Positions 11,299-21,472 are shown, counted from the stretch's first letter. The stretch is 64,000 nt of DNA from Candidatus Berkelbacteria bacterium (GCA_037142675.1 JBAXAF010000003.1:3717-67716), one strand, 5' to 3'. Translations and numbers: made by a program. The notes: generated by a model from the letters alone, not told the origin.

Positions 11299-12489
11299 CT
11301 ATTTTGAATCGGAGTCTATTGTTTCTTCAATCTTCTCGGCGTCTTTGTCTGTTGATTCTACTGATTCTTCCTTAATAATCTCCTCTTTTTCAACGGTGAC
11401 AGCTTTGTCGCTGGCGTCCGCATCTTTGGTAGTACTGCCTGATCCTTCGGCCTTTTCGATATCAATTCCCCAACCAGCCAATTTTGAGGCTAATCGAACA
11501 TTCTGTCCGTTCTTACCGATAGCAAGTGATAATGAATCTTCTGGGACATAAACAATGGCCTTATTGTCCTTTGAAGAAATAACTATTTTTTCGCATTTAG
11601 CGGGAGAAAGTGCATTCATAATAAATCTTTCAACGTCTTCGTCCCAAAGAATAATATCGATTTTCTCATCACCGATTTCGGCTAACACTGATTGAACTCT
11701 GGTTCCCCGCTGTCCAACGCATGATCCTATAGGGTCAATATTTTCATCGGTGGCAATAACTGCCATTTTGGTACGGGAGCCAGCTTCACGAGCTAGACTT
11801 TTAATCTCAACTGTTCCATTTGCGATTTCCGGCACTTCGAGCTCGAACAATCCTTTAATCAGTCCTTCGTCGGCACGCGAAACTAGAATTTGTGGGCCAC
11901 GGGATGTTTGCGCAACTTCCTTAATATAGACTTTCAGGCGCTGGCCAACATAATAACGTTCATCGCGAATCTGATCGCTTGGGAACATCACGGCATTCAC
12001 TTTTCCAAGAGAAACGATAACATTTTTGCCTTCAATTTGCTGGACTGAACCATTTCCGATTGTATGTTCGCGATCCTTAAATTCTGTGAAGATCATATCG
12101 CGTTCTGCTTCTCTGATCCGTTGAATTATAACCTGTTTGGCAGTTTGAGCTGCAATTCGTCCAAAAGTTTCTTCCTTTGGAAGTGGCTCAATAATTTCGT
12201 CGCCCAGGACGGCTTTTTTATTGTCTTTCTTTGCGTCGGTTAATGATATTTCTGCTTCTGGATTTTCTAATTCTTCATCATCAACAACTGTTGTAACTTG
12301 AAACATTTCGGCTTCGCCGGTTTTTGGATCCATTTTAGCTCGAATTACTTGTCGTGGTTTGCCGTAATCTTTTCTGTAAGCTGCAGCTAGAGCAGCCTCA
12401 ACGGTGGATATTACAGTTTCAATATCTAGACCTTTTTCTTCACAAAGCTCTTGAATTGCTTCCATGAAATTTACATTGTCTCCAGTCAT
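11299..12489 (-). CDS. nusA: Transcription termination factor NusA
   Basis: FGRIAAQTAKQVI, S1 and KH domains, AIGKNGQNVRLA. Confidence 0.97.
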   Translation of the reverse strand: MTGDNVNFMEAIQELCEEKGLDIETVISTVEAALAAAYRKDYGKPRQVIRAKMDPKTGEAEMFQVTTVVDDEELENPEAEISLTDAKKDNKKAVLGDEIIEPLPKEETFGRIAAQTAKQVIIQRIREAERDMIFTEFKDREHTIGNGSVQQIEGKNVIVSLGKVNAVMFPSDQIRDERYYVGQRLKVYIKEVAQTSRGPQILVSRADEGLIKGLFELEVPEIANGTVEIKSLAREAGSRTKMAVIATDENIDPIGSCVGQRGTRVQSVLAEIGDEKIDIILWDEDVERFIMNALSPAKCEKIVISSKDNKAIVYVPEDSLSLAIGKNGQNVRLASKLAGWGIDIEKAEGSGSTTKDADASDKAVTVEKEEIIKEESVESTDKDAEKIEETIDSDSK

Positions 12490-12522
12490 TTTTCTCCTTC
12501 TTCTTATTAAGTTGTAATTCTA

Positions 12523-12595
12523 ACACGGATCAACTACACGGATTGACACGGAATAAAAATGTATTATCCGTGAAAGTCCGTGTGATAAATCCGTG
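12523..12595. repeat. ACACGGA x3 followed by TCCGTG x3 (direct plus inverted repeat array)
   Basis: ACACGGA at 12523, 12536, 12546; TCCGTG at 12567, 12577, 12590. Confidence 0.75.
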
Positions 12596-12623
12596 AATGA
12601 ATTTCCGTTTATGTATATTTTTT

Positions 12624-12652
12624 AAAAAAAGTGGCCACCGCAGGGTCACCAC
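12624..12652 (-). terminator. Imperfect intrinsic terminator in the nusA leader
   Basis: Minus strand GTGGTGACC-CTGC-GGTGGCCAC followed by T7. Confidence 0.65.
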
Positions 12653-12665
12653 AATCCACATTTAT

Positions 12666-12694
12666 ATGATAGCAAGTGAGAGAAATTTTGTCAA
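12666..12694 (-). promoter_or_regulatory. Sigma70-type promoter of nusA
   Basis: TTGACA-17 bp-TATCAT with extended -10 TG. Confidence 0.75.
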
Positions 12695-12722
12695 TATGCG
12701 GGCTTATCAGCTTTTAAAGAGT

Positions 12723-13562
12723 TTAATTAGCTAGTTTGTATTTAAACACTCGCCAAACAAGTTTTGGGAGAGCAATTTGGCGGCGATAACGCTTGGGCTC
12801 CAGTATTAAGCGCCACAACCACTCGAGTCCGATTGCCCTAACGAATTTTGGTGCTCTTTTGCGACGGCCAGCGAGAAAATCAAAAGTTCCACCAACACCA
12901 ATGCCGATTTTGGCGCCGGTTTTAACCAAATTCCGTTCGAGCCAGAGTTCTTCTGCTGGAACACCATAAGCGACAAATAAAATATCCGGCTTGTCCTTTT
13001 TCATCAATTCTAAAATTTTTGCCTCATCTTGTGGTTTTGGCGAACCTTCGTATGTGCCGGCAACTTTAAGCTGATAGATGTCAGTTTGCAGCTTTATTGC
13101 CGCTTGTTCCGGCACGGTTGGGTCGCCGCCAAGTAAAAAAATTCGCAAATCATTTTTGGCAGCATAATTTGACAGATCCCAAATGAAATCGGAGCCGGAA
13201 ATTCGCTCAGGGATTGGTTTTTTCAAATATTTTGGATACAAAATTATTGCGGCTAAGCTGGCAAAAAGTTTGGAAAAACCAATAATGTAGCGCAAAAATT
13301 TGTCTTTTGGTAAATTTAGCGATAAGAACTTTGCCGCCCAGAGAACGCCGATGCCATCGGCAAAGTTTAGTGAGGAATTATTTAGCATATCAAATACTGC
13401 GCTATCATTTAACGCTCGAAAGAGAAATTCAACATTGACAGTAGTAATGAAGATTGGTTTTTTTGTCGAAATTTTTTGGTCAATAAAACGAATTGATTCT
13501 TCCCTGCCGAAGGAATCGATTGGCACACCGAGAATATTAACTTTCTTGCGTGATATTTTCAT
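12723..13562 (-). CDS. WecB/TagA/CpsF-family glycosyltransferase
   Basis: ADGIGV, ERISGSD, GVPAEE, GVGGTFD, LEWLWRL. Confidence 0.92.
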   Translation of the reverse strand: MKISRKKVNILGVPIDSFGREESIRFIDQKISTKKPIFITTVNVEFLFRALNDSAVFDMLNNSSLNFADGIGVLWAAKFLSLNLPKDKFLRYIIGFSKLFASLAAIILYPKYLKKPIPERISGSDFIWDLSNYAAKNDLRIFLLGGDPTVPEQAAIKLQTDIYQLKVAGTYEGSPKPQDEAKILELMKKDKPDILFVAYGVPAEELWLERNLVKTGAKIGIGVGGTFDFLAGRRKRAPKFVRAIGLEWLWRLILEPKRYRRQIALPKLVWRVFKYKLAN

Positions 13563-13769
13563 TGGTTTTGGTTAGTTTGTTTAGGGACAAGGAACTTAAT
13601 TTGCGAAGGCAGTTCCCTATCCCTAAGACCCAACCCTCGCCACGCTATAAGCGGAATCTTTGCCGGGGCAGACACTCCAATATTTGGTCGCTTTGCTCCC
13701 GCCCCCAGGGTCACTTTGGAAGAGACAGTATCGGGCTCTACTCAGCGGCAAAGTTACTGTGAAATCAAT

Positions 13770-14894
13770 TTATAATTTTTTTTCTAATTCTTCATATTTA
13801 TCATTAACGAATTTTTTAAACCTCTCGGTGAAAACTTCCTCTGAAAACTTTTTAGCTTGATCCTTGCAATCAGTAGTTTTGTATTTGGAATACTCTTTTT
13901 CAAATCTGATGATAGTTTTTTTCAACGGTTCGGTTGTTGCAAAATCATCGAAAAATTCGCCAGTTTTGCCCTCCATTACGGTTTCAGTTGCTCCGCCTGC
14001 GCGGTATGCTATTACCGGTCGTCCCGCTGCCATCGCCTCAACTGGTGTCAGGCCAAAATCATCTTCACCCGGGAACAAGAATGCGCGACAACCGTAAATA
14101 TAATTATTTCTTTCGTTGTCACTTTGCCAGCCAAGAAATTTGACTGTCTCCCCTGCCAGCGATTGTAGTCTTTTTTTGTCTGCGCCCTCACCGATAATAT
14201 ACAGAGGCAGTTTAAGTTGGTTGAATACATTTATTGCTAAATCAATATTTTTATATTGAGTCAGGCGGGAAACGATTAGATAATATTCGCCGGGCTTGCG
14301 GTTATTCTTTAGAAGCTCATTGATATCAGTTGGCGGATAAATTACCGCGGCGTCTCGGCGGTAATATTTTTTAATTCTCTTAGCTACGGTTTTGGAAATC
14401 GCAACCCACTCATCGGTTCGCTGGCTAGCGTAATAATCCCATTCACGAAGTTTTGATATTAGGCTGCGAATGTACATACCCGCTAAACCAAAACCAATTT
14501 TATTTTCATCCATATATTTGTGGGTCCAGTCCCATGCGTAACGCATTGGGGAGTAGCAATAAGTAATGTGCAGAGTATTTGGTCGGGTAATAACACCGTG
14601 AGCAAACGAATTGCTTGAAGAAATCACAACATCAAATTCAGAAAAATCAAACTCTTCAATTGCTTGTGGGTATTTAGATAATAATAAACGAGATCTTTTT
14701 CGAATAAAATTTGGTAATTTCTGCAGCCTTGATGGCCGGATGTCATATCCAACCGAGAATTGTTTTTTTGTCCCGGCTTCATCATATAATAAAGTATATA
14801 TTGGCGCATCGGGGTAGATATTATGAAGAGTCATCAAAACGCGCTCAGCTCCACCGACTTTAGTAATGTAATCATGCACAATAGCGATTTTCAT
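13770..14894 (-). CDS. Glycosyltransferase family 4
   Basis: GGAERV, EDDFGLTPVEAMAAGRPVIA. Confidence 0.92.
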   Translation of the reverse strand: MKIAIVHDYITKVGGAERVLMTLHNIYPDAPIYTLLYDEAGTKKQFSVGYDIRPSRLQKLPNFIRKRSRLLLSKYPQAIEEFDFSEFDVVISSSNSFAHGVITRPNTLHITYCYSPMRYAWDWTHKYMDENKIGFGLAGMYIRSLISKLREWDYYASQRTDEWVAISKTVAKRIKKYYRRDAAVIYPPTDINELLKNNRKPGEYYLIVSRLTQYKNIDLAINVFNQLKLPLYIIGEGADKKRLQSLAGETVKFLGWQSDNERNNYIYGCRAFLFPGEDDFGLTPVEAMAAGRPVIAYRAGGATETVMEGKTGEFFDDFATTEPLKKTIIRFEKEYSKYKTTDCKDQAKKFSEEVFTERFKKFVNDKYEELEKKL

Positions 14895-15009
14895 AATAAT
14901 TTCTAAATCCTAATATCTAATTTAAAATAAAATTCCTAATGATTAAATTTCTAACTTGAGATTTGGTTTTTGATATTTCATTTGACATTAGTAATTCGAG
15001 ATTAGTTAT

Positions 15010-16104
15010 TTAGTTTTGACTTCCGGTCAAAACTTTAAGCGTTGTTCTGGCGCAATTGTCCCAACTATATTTCAATAATTCTTTTTGGCCCGCCCGAACA
15101 AGTTTTCTGGACAGCTCGGGTTTATTTAATATTTGGCTCATGGCGGCGGCAATTTCAAAAGGTTTTTTCGGATTTACTAAAATAGCGCCACTTCCAGCCA
15201 CTTCCGGCATGGATGAGAAACGTGAAGTTACAACTGGAATTTCTGCGGCAAAAGCTTCCAAAATCGGAAATCCAAATCCTTCAAACAACGATGGAAAAGC
15301 GAAAAGCGTCGCACCCCCATACAATGCATTTCTGTCGGCGTCGGAAACGAATCCGGTCTCGATAATATCTTCTGCAAATTTTGAACCGCTGATCTCTTTT
15401 CTGATTTCTTCATAGCCAAAACCTGGGCTACCAACCAAGACTAGTTTTTCTTTGACCTCTCTCTCACTTCGCAGCATTGTGTAGGCTTTAATCAGATTGA
15501 TGATATTTTTTTTAGATTCTAGCCGTCCGACAAAAAGAATATATTTCTCACCAATTTTATTTTGTAACTCGATTGATAGTTTTGCCTCGGATTGCTCAAA
15601 GTTAAAACCCATTGGTACAAATTTAATTAACTTTGCCGACCTGGGATAGAACTTCTTTAAATCTGATTCGGTTGATTTTGAATACACTATAATACGAGCT
15701 TTTTTCGTGATTGCGCGACGGATTGAAAAATCTTGAGTTTTAATTTCATTTTTAGAATATACTTCTGGAAAATATCTCCAGGCCAAGTCGTGAATAGTAA
15801 TCACTGAAATCTTTCCGGAGATTGTTGGTAACATATGTGATGGAACAAATAAAACATCTGGTTTCTTCTTGACCATTTCCAGAGATAAGCCAACTTGGGT
15901 CCAATATTTTTTATTGGGAATAATTTTAACTGAAAAGTTTTTTGGGAAGTTGTCAAAACAACCGTTGTAATCAGATCCAACATACAGAGTATATTGATTT
16001 TTTCCATCAATCTGCGCCAATTCAAAAATCAAATTACGTGAATAATTTTCTGTTCCGGTTCGTTGTTTTTTTACCGCCCTTGAGGCGTCGATTCCAATTA
16101 TCAT
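15010..16104 (-). CDS. Glycosyltransferase family 4 (mannosyltransferase-like)
   Basis: TIHDL, EGFGFPILEAFA, SSMPEVAG. Confidence 0.92.
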   Translation of the reverse strand: MIIGIDASRAVKKQRTGTENYSRNLIFELAQIDGKNQYTLYVGSDYNGCFDNFPKNFSVKIIPNKKYWTQVGLSLEMVKKKPDVLFVPSHMLPTISGKISVITIHDLAWRYFPEVYSKNEIKTQDFSIRRAITKKARIIVYSKSTESDLKKFYPRSAKLIKFVPMGFNFEQSEAKLSIELQNKIGEKYILFVGRLESKKNIINLIKAYTMLRSEREVKEKLVLVGSPGFGYEEIRKEISGSKFAEDIIETGFVSDADRNALYGGATLFAFPSLFEGFGFPILEAFAAEIPVVTSRFSSMPEVAGSGAILVNPKKPFEIAAAMSQILNKPELSRKLVRAGQKELLKYSWDNCARTTLKVLTGSQN

Positions 16105-16598
16105 TTGAAGTAGTTTTTTGGTTTTTTACCCTGCAGAATATCATCAACCATGTAAATTTCTTCTTGGATACCAGCAATCAAGTCGTATTTTTTCAGTTCT
16201 TTTCGCTCGACCCAGGCAAAATCAACATCTTCGCCGCTTAACTTAACTTTTCCCTTTTTGAGCGGCGCATAAAAACTCAACGTGATGACCGGTGTATTGT
16301 CTGGCCGAATAAAGCAAAGATCTAGCAGAAAATCAATTTTCCCGACTTCCAAGCTAACTTCTTCTGAAATTTCACGTCGTAAGCTTTTTTCTAGTGAAAA
16401 ATACCAACAGCCATCTTCATTCGGTTTGTCATTTATGTAGTCATCAATTGCCAACCCACCACCGGGAACGGTCCATTTCCCGGGATAAACTTTTTTATTC
16501 ATCGAGCGCTTAGTAATCAAATATTTACCATTCCTGTGGATGATCGCGGTGGCAACAATTCGATGCAATTCTCGGTCTTTAATTTTTGAAAATTTCAT
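16101..16598 (-). CDS. NUDIX hydrolase
   Basis: PGKWTVPGG..LRREISEEVSL Nudix box; start taken at ATG 16598. Confidence 0.8.
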   Translation of the reverse strand: MKFSKIKDRELHRIVATAIIHRNGKYLITKRSMNKKVYPGKWTVPGGGLAIDDYINDKPNEDGCWYFSLEKSLRREISEEVSLEVGKIDFLLDLCFIRPDNTPVITLSFYAPLKKGKVKLSGEDVDFAWVERKELKKYDLIAGIQEEIYMVDDILQGKKPKNYFK

Positions 16599-16612
16599 AA
16601 TGGCTCCAAATA

Positions 16613-17620
16613 TTATTCTCTGGCCCAAAGAACTGATTTTTTAAAAGCTTCCAAATGCTCAACGGCAATCCCGGCGCCTTTGACAACACAGGTTTCAGGA
16701 TCATCTGCAACTTGGCAAGGTACGCCCGTGACCTTGGTTAGGAGTGTGTCGATGTTTCGGAGTAATGCCCCGCCGCCGGAAATAATTATCCCCTTATCCA
16801 TAACGTCAGATGCAAGTTCGGGAGGAGTTTGTTGCAAAACACTCTTAACTGCGGCAATGATTTCCGCCAGAGGCGGCTTTATGGCTTTAACCAAGTCTTC
16901 GGCGGTAATAATAATGCTTTCAGGGAGTCCTGTGATGGCGTTAGAGCCGGAAACTTCCATTTTAGAATCTTTTTTTGGGTCAATGGCGTTGCCAATGCGT
17001 TTTTTAATTTCTTCTGCAGTTTGCTCGCCAACAACTAAATTATGCTTCTTGCGAATATATGCGGCAATTGCGGCATCTATTTTATTACCTCCAATGCGTG
17101 CAGAAGATGCGGCAACGACATCACCAAGTGCAATCACGGCCACTTCTGTAGTTCCGCCGCCAATATCTATAATCATATTACCGGAAGCAGTGGCAATTGG
17201 GATTCCGGCACCAAGAGCCGCGGCAATTGGTTGCTTTATTAAATATGCCTGCTTGGCACCAGCGGCTAGAGTTGCGTCAATAACGGCCCGTCGTTCAGTT
17301 GAGGTAATGCCAACTGGAACAGCAATCATGACTTCTGGTTTGCCGAGTCGGATACGACCAGAAACTTGATTTATAAAGTGCCGAAGCATGGTTTCTGAAA
17401 TATTATAATTTGCAATGACACCATCTTTTAAAGGATGGGCAGCAACAATACTATCTGGAGTGCGACCGATCATTTTTTTGGCTTCAGTCCCAATAGCGAC
17501 GATTTGATTGTTTTCGACTTGAAGCGCTACAACGGATGGCTCATTAACAACCACGCCCTTTTTGGGTATATAAACCAAAACATTTGTTGTGCCTAGGTCG
17601 ATGGCAATTCTTTTAGCCAT
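16613..17620 (-). CDS. mreB: Rod shape-determining protein MreB/Mbl
   Basis: IDLGTTN, EPSVVA, DIGGGTTE, GGGALL. Confidence 0.93.
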   Translation of the reverse strand: MAKRIAIDLGTTNVLVYIPKKGVVVNEPSVVALQVENNQIVAIGTEAKKMIGRTPDSIVAAHPLKDGVIANYNISETMLRHFINQVSGRIRLGKPEVMIAVPVGITSTERRAVIDATLAAGAKQAYLIKQPIAAALGAGIPIATASGNMIIDIGGGTTEVAVIALGDVVAASSARIGGNKIDAAIAAYIRKKHNLVVGEQTAEEIKKRIGNAIDPKKDSKMEVSGSNAITGLPESIIITAEDLVKAIKPPLAEIIAAVKSVLQQTPPELASDVMDKGIIISGGGALLRNIDTLLTKVTGVPCQVADDPETCVVKGAGIAVEHLEAFKKSVLWARE

Positions 17621-18912
17621 CAGTCTATCCTTTCAATCTCCGCCCCAAGAACTCGCAATCTAGTGTCCAAATTTTCGTAACCGCGATCAATATACTCGAT
17701 ATTACTGATAGTTGTAACTCCTCTGGCGCAAAGCGAAGCGATTACCAGCGCCGCGCCGCCGCGGATATCGGAAGATTCAATTTGCTGGCCGTGTAGTAGC
17801 ACTGGGCCATTTATTTCGATTAAATAAGGATTTAAAATATCAATTTTTGCGCCCATCTCAACTAACCATTTTGTGTAATCAAACCGTGAATTAAACAAGG
17901 TTTCGAATATGCGAGTTTTACCATTGGCCTGTGTGGCCAAAACTGCCAGAGGCGCTTGCAAATCGGTTGGCAGACCGGGGTACTGCCTAACATCGAGCTT
18001 GGAAGAATTTGGTGCGATGAGCTGACTGCGCTGGTTGATTACAATGTCGGCATGATCATTTTGCGTCGGAATAATATCAAAGTCGACTGACATCTCGGAA
18101 AACTTTGATAGTACTAAAGATAAATGGTCAGGAATGATATCTTTAATTTTTACTGTTCCACCGCAGACAGCGGCGGCGATCATGATTGTGCCGGCCTCTA
18201 TTCGGTCTGGCATTACTGTGTACTCCACGTCTGTTAATTTTTGGACGCCTTCAATTTTAATGGTATGAGTTCCAGCACCGGAAATTTTTGCTCCAGCTTT
18301 GTTCAAAAAATTTGCCAGGTCAACGATTTCCGGTTCGCAAGCCGCGACTTTAATAACAGTTTTCCCGCTACGTAAAACTGAAGCCATTATTATATTTTCA
18401 GTTGCTGTAACACTCATTTCAGAAAGAACAACTTCAATATCTCCTTTATGGAATTTCCCTTCTCCTTTAAGAAAAAATTTCTCTCCTTTGTCAGAAATCT
18501 CTACTGAAACGTCCATAGCCTCAAAAGCTTTTAAGTGAGTGTCTATTGGTCGTGACCCTATTAGGCAGCCTCCTGGTTCGGAGAAATGCGCACGTCCGAA
18601 TCGGGCCAACAGCGGGCCAATAATTACAACAGAACCACGAAGTTTTTTAATTGGGTTTTCATCAGGGGTGTATGATTTAACTTGGGCGGCGTCAATTATA
18701 AGGGTGTGGTCAGTATATTTAATTTGTGCTCCCAGACTCTTAATTACTTCCACCATTCTTTCGATATCAACAATTTTCGGTACATTGTGCAGAATTGTTT
18801 TACCAGGAATCATAACAGCAGCAGCCACCATTTTAAGGGCTGCGTTTTTGGCTCCGGAAACTTGAAAAGAGCCATTTAATTTGTTGCGACCTGTAATTCG
18901 AAATTTTGCCAT
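17620..18912 (-). CDS. murA: UDP-N-acetylglucosamine 1-carboxyvinyltransferase
   Basis: GAKNA, PGGCLIGSRPIDTH, DRIEAGT, PTDLQ, DRGYE. Confidence 0.96.
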   Translation of the reverse strand: MAKFRITGRNKLNGSFQVSGAKNAALKMVAAAVMIPGKTILHNVPKIVDIERMVEVIKSLGAQIKYTDHTLIIDAAQVKSYTPDENPIKKLRGSVVIIGPLLARFGRAHFSEPGGCLIGSRPIDTHLKAFEAMDVSVEISDKGEKFFLKGEGKFHKGDIEVVLSEMSVTATENIIMASVLRSGKTVIKVAACEPEIVDLANFLNKAGAKISGAGTHTIKIEGVQKLTDVEYTVMPDRIEAGTIMIAAAVCGGTVKIKDIIPDHLSLVLSKFSEMSVDFDIIPTQNDHADIVINQRSQLIAPNSSKLDVRQYPGLPTDLQAPLAVLATQANGKTRIFETLFNSRFDYTKWLVEMGAKIDILNPYLIEINGPVLLHGQQIESSDIRGGAALVIASLCARGVTTISNIEYIDRGYENLDTRLRVLGAEIERID

Positions 18913-18926
18913 AGTTTTATCCGCTT

Positions 18927-18953
18927 AGACCCCGAAACAAGTTCGGGATGACA
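18927..18953. repeat. REP-like palindrome, half copy of the 28049-28108 element
   Basis: AGACCCCGAAACAAGTTCGGGATGACA resembles AGATCCTGAATCAAGTTCAGGATGACG. Confidence 0.65.
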
Positions 18954-19027
18954 TAATAGTTTAGAAATCTATAATACAAATTATAGCGTCAATTTACAAT
19001 TTTATCAATACAAGCTAGAATAATTGT

Positions 19028-19756
19028 ATGAAAGAATATTTTCATAAACCACGCGACAAAAGACTAAGAGAAATTTTAATTGGTCAGGGCTCTGTTGGCA
19101 TAGTTATTATTTTAATATCAATATGCTTAGTTTTTTGGGGTTTAGGGTACAAGATCAATTGGCAAACGATGAAAATATCTCATACAGGTATTGTTTATAT
19201 ATCATTTGAACCGAATGACGCGACAGTTTTATTGTCCGGACAAGAGACAAAAGCAAAATCAACTTTTGATGCACAGTTATTGCCTGGATTTTACGATGTT
19301 GAGGTAAAAAAAGATGGATATAATACTTGGCGCCAGCATATAAAAATTACTGCTGACAAAGTTGACTGGTTCAAAAATATTACCTTATTTAAAGTTGACC
19401 CTGATATTTCTGTCATCACCGATCAAAATAGTATTAACTCAATTGACTCCCCATATGATTCCTTGGTAAAGAACCCTGAGGGCAATTTATCATTTAATGA
19501 CCATGAAATTTGGGTTGGTGACACTTTGGTCACGCGATTATCAAATCAGATTTCAGGAGTTATTTGGTACCCGGGAAATGAATATCTTGCTTACCAGCAA
19601 GGCGATGAAATTAGAATTATTGAGAAAAACGGCACTAACGATGTTTTGCTAGCAAAACTTTCAAATAGTGATAAATCCAACTTTATGTTTAGTTGGGATG
19701 GGTCATCGCTACTATATAAGGATGGCATAGTTTACCGAAGAGCAACTATTAGATAG
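19028..19756 (+). CDS. PEGA-domain membrane-anchored protein
   Basis: TM helix then SFEPNDATV..LLPGFYDVEVKKDGYNTW. Confidence 0.75.
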   Translation: MKEYFHKPRDKRLREILIGQGSVGIVIILISICLVFWGLGYKINWQTMKISHTGIVYISFEPNDATVLLSGQETKAKSTFDAQLLPGFYDVEVKKDGYNTWRQHIKITADKVDWFKNITLFKVDPDISVITDQNSINSIDSPYDSLVKNPEGNLSFNDHEIWVGDTLVTRLSNQISGVIWYPGNEYLAYQQGDEIRIIEKNGTNDVLLAKLSNSDKSNFMFSWDGSSLLYKDGIVYRRATIR

Positions 19757-19786
19757 ATCATTGGCACTGATTGATGTGAGGGAAAA

Positions 19787-20554
19787 TTAATGGATTCCTG
19801 CTGGCAGCGCCTCGGCGTTGTTTTTTTGTGGTTGAGGATTTTGCGATACTGCAGGGATGATTTGATCAGCTTGGACTATTAAACGTTTTAAATTTGTTCC
19901 AACGGGGGTGCAAGTCATAAGGGTTAACGTTGCCTTGGTGTTATCTGACTTCATTACAGAGGTGTCAGAGGGGTCAACAACTGAGATTTTCTTAATTCTG
20001 TAAATAAAGCTCACGTTATGAAATTTAATTTGAACCAAATCACCAACAGCAACATTGCCAAGTAAAGCAAAAGCCGAATTGTATTGGCTGATTACCCAAG
20101 GATAGTTCGATGAGTGAGCAGTTACAAAGACGTTGCCCATCTCCCCGGGGAGGCTTGTGCCAGATAGCTGGATGGCGCCGTTTTTCAAATTTGAACTAAC
20201 CGTGGATTCAGTATTATCGACACCGAAAGTGATTGGCGCCTTAACGTTGATTGCTTCGATAAATATTGAATTATCGGAAATGCCAGGTAGCGACTCGTTT
20301 TTATTAGCCTCGGGCTTGTTTTGATAAGAGGACACTGCGTCGACTAAAGTATGAGGCGGAGTTTTGAATTCATCCTGATACCACCAGGCTATTTTTTTGT
20401 TGAAAGCCCCAAAGTTAAGGGAGTAGATTACGATGGAAAAAAACAAAACAAACAAGAGTAAAAAATATATTATAACCAAAAAAGGATTTCTTTTTTTAAA
20501 TCTTGAAGAAATAAATATCTGCTCTAAGTCTGCTTCTGTCAGCCGATGTTTCAT
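19787..20554 (-). CDS. Sortase
   Basis: N-terminal TM; GNVFVTAHSS, LTLMTCTPVG..KR (His/Cys/Arg triad). Confidence 0.88.
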   Translation of the reverse strand: MKHRLTEADLEQIFISSRFKKRNPFLVIIYFLLLFVLFFSIVIYSLNFGAFNKKIAWWYQDEFKTPPHTLVDAVSSYQNKPEANKNESLPGISDNSIFIEAINVKAPITFGVDNTESTVSSNLKNGAIQLSGTSLPGEMGNVFVTAHSSNYPWVISQYNSAFALLGNVAVGDLVQIKFHNVSFIYRIKKISVVDPSDTSVMKSDNTKATLTLMTCTPVGTNLKRLIVQADQIIPAVSQNPQPQKNNAEALPAGIH

Positions 20555-20608
20555 AATTTGTTTTAATATTTGGTGCGGCGCTTAGCGCCGCTTCCACCAC
20601 GCTAAGCG

Positions 20609-20695
20609 TGGTGGGCAAGGTGGGAATCGAACCCACAAGACCTTACGGCCATAGGTTTTTGAGACCTACGCGTATACCAGTTCCGCCACTTGCCC
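20609..20695 (-). tRNA. tRNA-Leu(CAA)
   Basis: Cloverleaf GGGCAAG..CTTGCCC-A-CCA, anticodon arm TAGGT-CTCAAAA-ACCTA, long variable arm, GGTTCGATTCC. Confidence 0.95.
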
Positions 20696-20749
20696 AATAA
20701 TTACTCTCAAATTTTATCATTTATCACATGTTTTAGCAAGTCTAATTGG

Positions 20750-21343
20750 CTATTTCCGCAGAATTTTTAAGGAACTAATATCTGTTATATCAATTACTTC
20801 TGACGGAGGATTTTTTGGCAATTCGCCGGCATTGACTATTAGATCGGGTTTTTCTTGCTGGTCGGCAATTTGTAGTAAAAAATCATCAATCTTCCAGCAA
20901 TTTGGCATGTTTGAAACATTAGCGCTGGTGGCGGCAATCGGTTGGCCAAGTTCTTCAACAAGATTTAGAATGAATTCATAATTCGGAATTCGAATGCCGA
21001 TTTTTTCCAGTTTTTGGTAGTGCGAGGAAAACTTTGTTCGATCCCCTGCTGACCATGGCAATATAAAAGTATATGCGCCGGGAACCTTTTCAGTAATAAA
21101 TTTTTCTTGATCAGGTGAAATTGAGATATGTTTATTCAACATTTCAACGGATGAAAAAATCAGCGCAATCGGTTTGTCAAAATCCCGGCCTTTAATTTTG
21201 TAAATTTTCTCGATTGCCGCATCATCAAAAGGATTGGCCACTAAACCGTAAACTGTATCAAACGGCAAGACACTCACTTTGCCGGATTTTATTGCAGCGC
21301 TGATATCTTTTTGATCAATTTGTTTGCCTTTTATGGTTTCCAT
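20750..21343 (-). CDS. tsaC: Threonylcarbamoyl-AMP synthase (TsaC/Sua5/YrdC)
   Basis: PFDTVYGL, KGRDFDKP, GIRIP, ATSANVS. Confidence 0.92.
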   Translation of the reverse strand: METIKGKQIDQKDISAAIKSGKVSVLPFDTVYGLVANPFDDAAIEKIYKIKGRDFDKPIALIFSSVEMLNKHISISPDQEKFITEKVPGAYTFILPWSAGDRTKFSSHYQKLEKIGIRIPNYEFILNLVEELGQPIAATSANVSNMPNCWKIDDFLLQIADQQEKPDLIVNAGELPKNPPSEVIDITDISSLKILRK

Positions 21344-21472
21344 GCTAATAGAGTAGCAAATAAATTCATCTTTTATAAGCTTTGCTATATAATAGTAGTG
21401 AAGAGATAAATCATAAATTGAGGGGTATCCGACAACACTTATTTTGCTCTGAAATTAACGGAGGGATTTATT

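Noticed and set aside
16680-17369. 229-aa plus-strand ORF
   Set aside because: Antisense shadow of mreB with no motifs; the other short overlapping ORFs in the track were dismissed for the same reason.
20570-20612. Second tRNA or att scar after tRNA-Leu
   Set aside because: Only two short palindromes (GCGGCGCTTAGCGCCGC, CCACCACGCTAAGCGTGGTGG); no cloverleaf or integrase nearby.
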